Positions 28,196 to 35,750 of a stretch of DNA of 35,750 nt are shown one piece after another. The notes beneath the pieces are model-generated. The model was not told the origin of the DNA, ran no database searches, and worked only from the letters and a program-made list of their open reading frames with translations. The stretch comes from a virus (lineage: Duplodnaviria > Heunggongvirae > Uroviricota > Caudoviricetes): positions 1 to 35,750 of IMG/VR virus record IMGVR_UViG_2698536335_000014. The stretch is one strand, 5' to 3'. The position numbers were made by a program, and so were the translations under genes. The stretch's first letter is position 1. Every line of letters starts with the position of its first letter.

Positions 28196-28384
28196 TCAGC
28201 TGATGACATCCATTGAGCGGTTGTATTCGTGGGTTCTGATTTTTGCCATGAGTTCATCTGTTAGTTCAGAAACCCACTGCAGAGCCAGCCCCTTCTCTTC
28301 ATCACTACACTCACTAGCCGCTACAAGCTTAAGAAAAAAATCAATGCGCTGGAGCTTCAAAGACTCCAAAAAATAGTCCTGCAT
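28196..28384 (-). CDS. small SOS-regulated protein (possible Tum-like antirepressor component)
   Basis: 62 aa from ATG 28384 with strong SD aggagg; a LexA box lies 44 bp upstream; first gene of a two-gene operon with the DinI-like gene. Confidence 0.5.
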   Translation of the reverse strand: MQDYFLESLKLQRIDFFLKLVAASECSDEEKGLALQWVSELTDELMAKIRTHEYNRSMDVIS

Positions 28385-28427
28385 CTTTCCTCCTATGACA
28401 CCACAAGAAATACTGTATGTATAACCA

Positions 28428-28443
28428 CTGTTTATATTTACAG
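28428..28443. promoter_or_regulatory. LexA box (SOS operator)
   Basis: CTGTTTATATTTACAG fits CTGT-N8-ACAG with an AT-rich spacer, upstream of the 62-aa/DinI-like operon. Confidence 0.6.
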
Positions 28444-28537
28444 TATATAATAATCTTACTGATGTAAAACGTTTTTTTACGTTCATCAGCCTGATATGCC
28501 TGGTATTATTAAGAGCACGAATTGTTAACCCGCGTAA

Positions 28538-30952
28538 TTAATACAGATCCCGCCACTTATCATCTTCCTGCAAACGCTGGTTCCGATAGAAGATACGCAG
28601 GCCTGATCCTGACGGAATACTGCCACCGCGAAGGAGTAAATCGACCTCTTTCTCGCTGCCGTCAAATCCTCTGGACTTCAGTTCATAGACAAGCTGCTGT
28701 CGCTGATGGTCTGTAATTCGCTGTTTGTAGTCTTTACGCCGTTTCGGTTTCACCAGGCGTAATCTTGCTGTCAGTTCCCGGCGCTCTTTTTTGCTCATAC
28801 TGTGCAGGTAATCGTGCAACTCCTTGTCATTCATACGGGTGATATCCGTTCTGGTATCCCCATCAGCTGATTTGTCTTTCCCTTGTTGGGGCAAATTTTC
28901 AGTAAGGGGACAGTTATTGCCACGAGTCCAAGGGGCGCAAGCGCCCTGGTCGGCTGCCGCCTCCTGAACGTCAACGGCTTTACGAACCATTTTCCACTTC
29001 ACTGCATGAGTGCAGATCTTGCCCTCTGCAATGGGTGACCAGATGCCATAAATACGAATGCCGTGATCGCCATAGGCGGTCGGCTCTTCGTTGATTTCAT
29101 AAGCGGTTCTGATGAGGTGATATTTACGGGGAACCAGTACGCCGCCCTGCTTCATGATGTAGGTGGCAAAACAACCAGCATCAGCAGCAGCCAGGATGGC
29201 ATCAAGGCGCGGGTTATCCAGTACCGGCGCACCTGCTTTTTTGTCCCCCTTTTGCCTTGCCGCCTGACCAGCCAGCAATCGCAGTTCACGGTAAGCCTGA
29301 CGCCCCGGAATGCCAAAGAAGCGGAATTGCTGAACACGATGCAAAGACGCCCAGGCATTCACGTATTCAGCGTTATCACGCAGAGATTTACCCGTTTCCT
29401 TGCTGATCTCGCCAGCCAGACCACGCCCGTCAATGTTCTTACTGATGTATTTCGCTATGTAGCTTGTCGGCGTTCCTTTGCGCGGGTTAATCAGCTCAGA
29501 CTTAAAGCGCGGCCCCGTGTTATTGCCCAGCTCCTCGCGGTCTTCACGGATAGCAAACTTACGCAACAATGCTGTAATGGCGCGGCGGTCTTTTTTGCGC
29601 ATGAAACACAACAGGTGCCAGTGAACGGCGCCGTCGTGATGCGGCTCAGCCACCCGCACGCCATACCAGCGCAACCCGGCTTTGTGCATCGCCTTACGAA
29701 ATGCAGCAAACATACCGACCAGATAATCGCTGCTTTGTCTTACCGTCGCATTTGTCCAGGTCGGGTTGGGCCTGCCGTTATTTAGCGTGGAATGGAAACG
29801 TGACGGACAGGTGATGGTGTAGAAAACGGCGCAGTCACCGCGCATTTCCGCGATAAGCTCCAGACCTTTAACACAGGCCATCATCTCATTGCGGCGATGC
29901 GCAGGGTTGCTGCTGCTGGCGTTTACCACATCCTCCATGTCTAGCGTGTCGCCGTCTTCGTTCACCAGTTCATGAGAACGGAAAAACTCCAGCGACTTAC
30001 GGCGCTGCTCACGTTTATGCAACACGGCTTCATAGCTGACATAGGGAGATGCTTTTTTGCTGACAAGGCAGACAGCACGCAACTGCTCTTCCCGCCATTC
30101 GCAACGCATCTTCCATAATTTCCGATACCACCAGTCGGCGCACAACATACGCGCCAGCGAACCCGGAATGAGTTCATAGGGCACGGGTTTACGGCGGTTT
30201 CTTTTCCGGCGGAGTTGCTCAAACGCAGGCGGGATGACATCCAGACGCAGGGTTTCCGCTGCCACCCTTTCCCATGTATTGCGGATTTCTTCTGGCTTAA
30301 CGTCATCGGTGGCATACAAATCGCCACAAGCGGCATCAAGGCACATACTCATATGCGCAGCTACCAGGGTGGACAGGCGTTTCACCTGATCCTGACTCAT
30401 TTCAGGCAGGATCAGCAGGCCGTCCAGCCCTTCATGGCTTGCCATAAAGCGAAAAGATGCAGACAGCTGACTGTCGCGTACATGCTCCAGTCGTTCCAGA
30501 CATGGCTTAATCGTCTCACGTAAGTAGCGGGAATAAGCCTTTGGCCTGCCCAGGCTGCTGAAGTATTCAATACGTTGCATCAGCGGCTTGCTGATATGGG
30601 AAGGCTGGGCGTTGACGTCCGCCAGAATGACCATATCCGGATTAAAACGCTGCTGCTCATGCGCCAGCTTTGCCCGACTAATGAGCTTATCCTGTTCCAT
30701 TTCGCGCTGGACAGGATCACGGGATTCATTAAAGAAATAACGCTCCCAGACCTGATCACTCAGCGCCTCACGGCGCAGCTGTTCCTGCTCGTTATCGGCA
30801 GCGTACAGAGTGATCAGGTTTGAAAGCGTAGAAACCGGCGCAACTTCCACCGGGTCCAGATAAGGGTTAATGGCCTTTTTCGAGCTGTTCCATGAGAACG
30901 ATGCGGCAGCTTCGTTAAAGCCGCAGCAGTTGTTCATATCGGCATGACTCAT
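28538..30952 (-). CDS. A: replication initiation endonuclease gpA (rolling-circle initiator)
   Basis: 804 aa, ATG start overlapping the dam stop; P2/186 A-like by size and position; ori expected inside the coding region. Confidence 0.85.
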   Translation of the reverse strand: MSHADMNNCCGFNEAAASFSWNSSKKAINPYLDPVEVAPVSTLSNLITLYAADNEQEQLRREALSDQVWERYFFNESRDPVQREMEQDKLISRAKLAHEQQRFNPDMVILADVNAQPSHISKPLMQRIEYFSSLGRPKAYSRYLRETIKPCLERLEHVRDSQLSASFRFMASHEGLDGLLILPEMSQDQVKRLSTLVAAHMSMCLDAACGDLYATDDVKPEEIRNTWERVAAETLRLDVIPPAFEQLRRKRNRRKPVPYELIPGSLARMLCADWWYRKLWKMRCEWREEQLRAVCLVSKKASPYVSYEAVLHKREQRRKSLEFFRSHELVNEDGDTLDMEDVVNASSSNPAHRRNEMMACVKGLELIAEMRGDCAVFYTITCPSRFHSTLNNGRPNPTWTNATVRQSSDYLVGMFAAFRKAMHKAGLRWYGVRVAEPHHDGAVHWHLLCFMRKKDRRAITALLRKFAIREDREELGNNTGPRFKSELINPRKGTPTSYIAKYISKNIDGRGLAGEISKETGKSLRDNAEYVNAWASLHRVQQFRFFGIPGRQAYRELRLLAGQAARQKGDKKAGAPVLDNPRLDAILAAADAGCFATYIMKQGGVLVPRKYHLIRTAYEINEEPTAYGDHGIRIYGIWSPIAEGKICTHAVKWKMVRKAVDVQEAAADQGACAPWTRGNNCPLTENLPQQGKDKSADGDTRTDITRMNDKELHDYLHSMSKKERRELTARLRLVKPKRRKDYKQRITDHQRQQLVYELKSRGFDGSEKEVDLLLRGGSIPSGSGLRIFYRNQRLQEDDKWRDLY

Positions 30953-31806
30953 GCACGTACTCCGTACACGGCAGAACTATCCACGCCACGCGAATAATCA
31001 AATCCCACCCAGCAGCGCGGCCCGGAAACAGCAATGATTTCTGTTGCTGATTTACCCTCGCCAGCTGCCACACCGATGCTGCGTTTTGCCTTGATGTAGT
31101 GGTGAGTAAAATTGCGATACAGCGAACGGATCAGGGATGTGTCACTGTTAGAAACAATGACCGGATGTCCTTCTGATGACCGATGTTCAAGAACAGATGC
31201 CAGGTGATACTGGTCATCTTCAGTGAAGCCGTCAGTGTGATAGCCGGAAAACGTACCGTCATACGGCGGATCGCAATACACCACATCCCCCGCCTTCAAC
31301 ATCGCCAGCGTTTCATCAAAGCTGGCGCAGATAAACGTTGCTCGCTGGGCCTTTTCTGCAAATGCGCGAATTTCTTTTTCAGGGAAATACGGATTTTTAT
31401 AATTACCGTAGGGAATGTTGAAATGCCCGCTCTTGTTATAGCGACATAAACCACGGTAACCGTGACGATTGAGATACAGGAAATATACCGCTTTCATGAA
31501 ATCAGTAATTTCAGTTGAGTAATTAAACTCCTGCCTTATGTTGTAATAAGCCACCTCCCTGTTTGCGTTCTCAAATAAAACTCTGGCGCGAGATATAAAC
31601 GATTCACAATCAGCGGCAACCTTTTTATAGAGGTTGATTAAATCAGGATTAATATCCGCAACCAGATAGCTGGGATAATCCGTCTCCATCATCACAGCAC
31701 AGGAACCCGCGAAAGGTTCAACCAGTCGCGGGCCAGCAGGAAGATGTTTTTTCAGTTCGGACATTATGGCAGTTTTATTTCCCGCCCATTTCAGGATGGT
31801 GCTCAT
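30949..31806 (-). CDS. dam: DNA adenine methyltransferase (Dam family)
   Basis: Start at ATG 31806 ([11 protein letters not shown]..); motifs VEPFAGS (SAM binding) and DPPY (catalytic). Confidence 0.85.
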   Translation of the reverse strand: MSTILKWAGNKTAIMSELKKHLPAGPRLVEPFAGSCAVMMETDYPSYLVADINPDLINLYKKVAADCESFISRARVLFENANREVAYYNIRQEFNYSTEITDFMKAVYFLYLNRHGYRGLCRYNKSGHFNIPYGNYKNPYFPEKEIRAFAEKAQRATFICASFDETLAMLKAGDVVYCDPPYDGTFSGYHTDGFTEDDQYHLASVLEHRSSEGHPVIVSNSDTSLIRSLYRNFTHHYIKAKRSIGVAAGEGKSATEIIAVSGPRCWVGFDYSRGVDSSAVYGVRA

Positions 31807-32030
31807 ACAGCACCTCCGTTGTAATGTTTGCCTTTCAGCTCTGCGATTTCCTGACAGGTAATGCAAAGCTGCACACCCGGAATGGCACGGCGGCGTGCTG
31901 GCGGAATTGGCGCTTCACACTCAATGCAAAGCACGCGGGACACGCCCGGCGTTTTGGCACGGGCAGCACGGATATGGCGTTGGCGTTCTTCTTCAACGCG
32001 CTGCTGTACGAGATCCATTGCATCAGCCAT
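31803..32030 (-). CDS. TraR/DksA-family C4 zinc-finger protein
   Basis: 75 aa; CIECEAPIP...CITCQ four-cysteine motif. Confidence 0.75.
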   Translation of the reverse strand: MADAMDLVQQRVEEERQRHIRAARAKTPGVSRVLCIECEAPIPPARRRAIPGVQLCITCQEIAELKGKHYNGGAV

Positions 32031-32263
32031 TAGTGGATCTCCTGCGCTTCGTTCTGGATTGCTTCAGCAGTCACACGAAGCAGTTCTGCCGCTTCGACGT
32101 GGGTTAGCTGGCGGGATGTGATATGACACGCCAGGCTATCAAGGCGAGCTGCCATTGCTTCAGCCCTTGCCCGGCGTTCTTCCAGACGAGCCTCTGTCAG
32201 TAAAATATTAAGCCCTGCGTCATCCGGTCCGGTTTTGGTCGAGAGGGTTTCAATATTACGCAT
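32030..32263 (-). CDS. hypothetical early protein
   Basis: ATG 32263 with SD aggaga (track ORF starts 6 nt upstream at TTG); 77 aa. Confidence 0.5.
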   Translation of the reverse strand: MRNIETLSTKTGPDDAGLNILLTEARLEERRARAEAMAARLDSLACHITSRQLTHVEAAELLRVTAEAIQNEAQEIH

Positions 32264-32330
32264 AATCAATTCTCCTGAATTTAGATAAAGGGATGCCCGG
32301 CGGGTTTACGCCATTAATTTCATTAGTTGG

Positions 32331-32672
32331 TTAATTCGGCATGGTTAGCCGTCTGGGAAATAAGCTCACCACTGCACGAAAATGATTCATTGCTTTAATC
32401 AACTCCCGCTTTTCGTCAGTGGTCAGCTCATTAATGCTGATGCTATGACGTTCAGCTGGAATTTTTGCCATAAAGAATATGGCAGCCAGTGCCCGTTTAT
32501 TTTGTTCGCTATTAATATCCCGTGAATCACGCATATCTTTAATAAACCGCTCAAGCTCTGACTCAATATTCAGGCCAAAAACTTTCGCCCTTAACTCCGC
32601 AATGTGATTAAGTCCATTCAGGCGTTCACCGGGGCTTAATGGAACAGTCGCCGCAGTGCCTTCAATAGCCAT
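32331..32672 (-). CDS. hypothetical early protein
   Basis: 113 aa, ATG start, in the rightward early operon. Confidence 0.5.
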   Translation of the reverse strand: MAIEGTAATVPLSPGERLNGLNHIAELRAKVFGLNIESELERFIKDMRDSRDINSEQNKRALAAIFFMAKIPAERHSISINELTTDEKRELIKAMNHFRAVVSLFPRRLTMPN

Positions 32673-32836
32673 TTGTTCCCCCGTTTTTTCGTAGATAGTT
32701 CTGCCAGCAATTCATCTTGTGAACGGCACGGATGCCAGCGTTTACCATCCTCCCCCATGATCCAGCCGTGACCGTAATGCATTGCCGGGCTTTGTTTAAC
32801 CAGCAGCGATGCAAATGATGGTTCTTTCGTCAGCAT
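32636..32836 (-). CDS. hypothetical early protein
   Basis: ATG 32836 with SD gaggtg (track ORF starts at GTG 32866); 66 aa. Confidence 0.45.
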   Translation of the reverse strand: MLTKEPSFASLLVKQSPAMHYGHGWIMGEDGKRWHPCRSQDELLAELSTKKRGNKWLLKALRRLFH

Positions 32837-32843
32837 AAGCACC

Positions 32844-33353
32844 TCACAGCAAACCAAATGAAGCACCGAGGCCAGTCACGGTATCAACTGCACTCGCCAT
32901 CGCAGGATTAGCCTGTAAACGGGCCTGCAATGAAACAGCCGCCAGCGCCATCAGTCGTGTTACAGAGTTAATGCTGCTGATAGCATCACGACGACCGGCA
33001 CAGGTTTTTACATCGCCAGACACCGCACCTGCAGCAACACGCCCGATCTCTGCGGTTGCACTCATGACGTAATGTGGCAGTTTCTCTTTTGCCACCTCAT
33101 TAATCGGTACACATGGCAGACAATGAATCTGTGCCAGAAAACCATCTACCAGCGTTGAATCTTCAGTCAGATCGGTAAGCAGCCAGATTTCTGGTGCGGT
33201 TAATAAATGAGGCTGAGCTGGGTTCAGCTTGTTCCGCAGAATCTGCACATTCATGCCTGCACGTTCTGCCAGTTGCACCAGATTGTGGCGCAGTGCAAAT
33301 GCACGACAGGCTTCATCAAAATGTGGATGTTTGGAAACTTGGTAATCAAACAT
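32844..33353 (-). CDS. CII-like lysogeny establishment regulator (186 CII family)
   Basis: ATG 33353; about 169 aa, the size and position of 186 CII downstream of apl; assignment by synteny. Confidence 0.55.
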   Translation of the reverse strand: MFDYQVSKHPHFDEACRAFALRHNLVQLAERAGMNVQILRNKLNPAQPHLLTAPEIWLLTDLTEDSTLVDGFLAQIHCLPCVPINEVAKEKLPHYVMSATAEIGRVAAGAVSGDVKTCAGRRDAISSINSVTRLMALAAVSLQARLQANPAMASAVDTVTGLGASFGLL

Positions 33354-33385
33354 GGTCAATGCCTCTGATGTATTTCAGAATCGAA

Positions 33386-33607
33386 CTAATTAAGGTTTAG
33401 ATTGCATTCTGAAAGCGCATCAACGGTCATTGCTGCTATGTTGATCATCACTTTTTCGCGTTTTTTATCTTTGCGCAGACGGTGACGGATAAGGCGTCCA
33501 TCAGCCAACATGTCATTGATGGTATCGATGGATAGCCCTGTCAGCTCGCTATAGCGTTCAATAGTCACATGAGGCGTGGTAAGAGTGATTGAAATGTTAG
33601 GTCTCAT
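33386..33607 (-). CDS. Apl/Cox-like excisionase-type transcriptional regulator
   Basis: 73 aa, first gene of the lytic early operon, divergent from cI. Confidence 0.5.
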   Translation of the reverse strand: MRPNISITLTTPHVTIERYSELTGLSIDTINDMLADGRLIRHRLRKDKKREKVMINIAAMTVDALSECNLNLN

Positions 33608-33726
33608 GATGCAACATTCCTCGTTTAATGATGATTAATCAGGACGAATACGGATCGTTTGTATTTTGTGAACACCATAAACATACGATCGCACGTTGAA
33701 ATCGTCAAGATAAAAGTTCACTTGGA
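33608..33726. promoter_or_regulatory. lysis-lysogeny switch region (early lytic and lysogenic promoters with operators)
   Basis: 119-bp AT-rich intergenic region between divergent apl and cI starts. Confidence 0.5.
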
Positions 33727-33732
33727 GTGACC

Positions 33733-34302
33733 ATGAATTTGGAGAAAGGCGGACGAGGCGCCATAGAGCGCATGGTAGAAGCTTATGGATTCAAGACTCG
33801 ACAGGCGTTGTGCGATCATTTAGGAATCTCTAAAAGTACACTCGCCACACGCTACATGCGTGACTCATTCCCAGCAGAATGGGTAATCCAGTGCGCCCTT
33901 GAAACAGGCACCTCGCTTAATTGGCTCACAACCGGGCATGGTTCAAAGCAAACTTCAGGTAATACAAATACTATGGAAGTTGCTAAATATGTATTATCTG
34001 ATGGGGCCTTGTGTGAAGACGGTTTTTATATTTTCGATAGAGAATTTCTACCGTCGGCATTCAAGAATCTTTTTGTAATCACAGATAATAATTCTGAATT
34101 TATTTGTGATAAGGAATTTGATGATATACGTGATGGTAAATGGGTAATAAGTATTGATGGCGAAATAACGATCCGTGACATTACTCGTTTACCCGGTGGA
34201 AGAATCTTCGTCGAGGGTGGAAACAGAGCCTTTGAATGTAAGATAGAAGACATTGAAATAATTGGTAAAATTATAAGTTTAACAGTCAAGTATGTTAAAT
34301 AG
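33733..34302 (+). CDS. cI: CI immunity repressor (186 CI type)
   Basis: ATG 33733 with SD ggag (track start is GTG 33727); 189 aa; upstream of int on the same strand. Confidence 0.7.
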   Translation: MNLEKGGRGAIERMVEAYGFKTRQALCDHLGISKSTLATRYMRDSFPAEWVIQCALETGTSLNWLTTGHGSKQTSGNTNTMEVAKYVLSDGALCEDGFYIFDREFLPSAFKNLFVITDNNSEFICDKEFDDIRDGKWVISIDGEITIRDITRLPGGRIFVEGGNRAFECKIEDIEIIGKIISLTVKYVK

Positions 34303-34317
34303 TACCGGGAGGAAATT

Positions 34318-34509
34318 ATGCTTGGTAAGGTATTTTTTGTGGTTTTGTCATGTTCTTTGTTATTAAACCCACTAGCTACCTATGCTAGAAATTATCCCTG
34401 CTCAGGGAAAAAGGGAGGTGTTTCTCACTGTACCTCTGATGGCAAATTCGTTTGCAATGATGGAACTATTAGTAAATCCAAAAAAATCTGTACTAAAAAC
34501 TCACGATAA
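34318..34509 (+). CDS. small secreted cysteine-rich protein (moron in the cI-int operon)
   Basis: 63 aa, ATG with strong SD gggagg; N-terminal signal peptide ([23 protein letters not shown]) then a mature peptide with 5 Cys; AT-rich. Confidence 0.5.
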   Translation: MLGKVFFVVLSCSLLLNPLATYARNYPCSGKKGGVSHCTSDGKFVCNDGTISKSKKICTKNSR

Positions 34510-34697
34510 CTTTTGCTTTTATATCTGCGCCTAAAATAAAAATGAGCCACAGGTTAACCGCAAAAGTTACATGATCACATAGCAAAAAGAATAGCCTACT
34601 TCATTATGGCTTCAGTGAGATGTATGGTCGCAGGATTTCATACATTGACACTGGTTATACATACAGTAAAAATGCTCTCTATTGGAGGGCATTTTTT

Positions 34698-35750
34698 ATG
34701 GCTGTACGAAAACTCACCACAGGAAAATGGCTTTGCGAATGTTACCCCGCCGGACGTAGTGGGCGTCGTGTGCGTAAACAATTCGCCACCAAAGGCGAAG
34801 CACTGGCTTTTGAGCGTCACACGATGGAAGAAACCGAAGCAAAGCCCTGGCTAGGTGAATCAGTGGATCGTCGAACACTGAAAGACGTGGTTGAGCTATG
34901 GTTCAAACTACATGGTAAATCACTGACTGCTGGGCAGCATGTCTATGACAAATTGCTGCTGATGGTTGACGCTCTGGGCAATCCCCTTGCAACTGATCTA
35001 ACCTCTAAAATGTTTGCCCACTATCGAGATAAACGCCTGACAGGTGAGATCTACTTCAGCGAGAAATGGAAGAAAGGAGCAAGCCCGGTCACCATTAACC
35101 TGGAGCAAAGCTATCTAAGTAGTGTTTTTAGCGAACTATCCCGCCTGGGCGAATGGTCGTATCCGAACCCACTGGAGAACATGCGAAAATTCACCATCGC
35201 AGAAAAAGAGATGGCATGGCTTACCCATGAGCAGATTGTTGAATTACTGGCTGATTGCAAACGTCAGGACCCAATTCTGGCACTGGTAGTTAAGATATGC
35301 TTAAGCACAGGCGCACGCTGGCGAGAAGCCGTAAATCTTACTCGTTCACAGGTGACCAAATACCGAATTACCTTTGTAAGAACGAAGGGGAAGAAAAACA
35401 GAAGCATCCCTATCAGTAAAGAGCTTTACGAAGAGATCATGGCGCTTGATGGGTTCAATTTCTTCACAGACTGCTATTTTCAATTTTTATCCGTGATGGA
35501 AAAAACGTCTATCGTGCTCCCTCGCGGTCAACTCACACACGTTCTGCGCCATACGTTTGCGGCGCACTTCATGATGTCGGGTGGAAACATTCTGGCCTTA
35601 CAAAAAATTCTCGGACACCACGATATAAAAATGACTATGCGTTACGCACATCTGGCACCGGATCATCTGGAAACGGCGCTCCGTTTCAATCCTCTGGCAA
35701 CGCTGCCAAGTGGCGACAAAGTGGCGGCAGCGGTTGGCATTACCCCGTAA
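34698..35750 (+). CDS. int: tyrosine integrase (P2 Int family)
   Basis: ATG 34698 with SD ggaggg; MAVRKLTTGKW.. resembles the P2 Int N-terminus; C-terminal region carries R..HxxR..Y catalytic residues (LRHTFAAHF..MRYAHL). Confidence 0.9.
   Translation: MAVRKLTTGKWLCECYPAGRSGRRVRKQFATKGEALAFERHTMEETEAKPWLGESVDRRTLKDVVELWFKLHGKSLTAGQHVYDKLLLMVDALGNPLATDLTSKMFAHYRDKRLTGEIYFSEKWKKGASPVTINLEQSYLSSVFSELSRLGEWSYPNPLENMRKFTIAEKEMAWLTHEQIVELLADCKRQDPILALVVKICLSTGARWREAVNLTRSQVTKYRITFVRTKGKKNRSIPISKELYEEIMALDGFNFFTDCYFQFLSVMEKTSIVLPRGQLTHVLRHTFAAHFMMSGGNILALQKILGHHDIKMTMRYAHLAPDHLETALRFNPLATLPSGDKVAAAVGITP

Larger units (their letters stand above)
1..35750. mobile_element. P2/186-like prophage, nearly complete (ogr to int); att sites outside window
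   Basis: Contiguous, syntenic set of P2-family structural, lysis, packaging, replication, immunity and integrase genes; integrase stop at the last base of the window. Confidence 0.9.

Noticed and set aside
27767-28203. Plus-strand ORFs of 62 and 88 aa opposite the DinI-like gene
   Set aside because: Antisense or overlapping to ORFs with strong SD and LexA-box support; no signals of their own.
29063-29785. 240-aa plus-strand ORF inside replication gene A
   Set aside because: Antisense to gpA; likely spurious.
1-35750. CRISPR arrays, tRNA or rRNA genes, IS elements or transposases
   Set aside because: No regularly spaced direct repeats of CRISPR type and no transposase-like ORF seen. I could not run a tRNA scan; no obvious cloverleaf-coding segment was noticed in the intergenic gaps.

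Overview
The window is almost entirely one P2/186-like (Peduovirus-type) temperate prophage, running from the late activator gene ogr (left edge) to the tyrosine integrase (right edge); the att sites must lie just outside. All calls rest on ORF organisation and my recall of P2/186 protein families, not on any database search. Gene order is canonical: ogr-D-U-T-E/E'-FII-FI, tail fibre H, baseplate I-J-W-V, S-R, a lysis cassette, L-M-N-O on the minus strand, divergent P-Q on the plus strand, then replication gene A, dam, and a 186-type immunity region (CII, Apl, CI, int). Three things stand out. (1) An AT-rich operon of three unrecognisable proteins at 23820-26041, between portal gene Q and a putative cos site, is the best candidate for an undescribed anti-phage system. 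(2) The tail-fibre locus carries a Hin/Gin-family invertase system with three crossover sites, two identical invertase copies and a non-site-specific chimeric junction, which is either a real rearrangement or a mis-assembly. (3) Cargo on the other side of cos comprises a HAD phosphatase, a NUDIX hydrolase and a LexA-controlled DinI/Tum-like module. The ORF track shows GTG/TTG starts as M, so several starts were re-placed at ATG codons with Shine-Dalgarno support. Many antisense ORFs in the track are treated as spurious.
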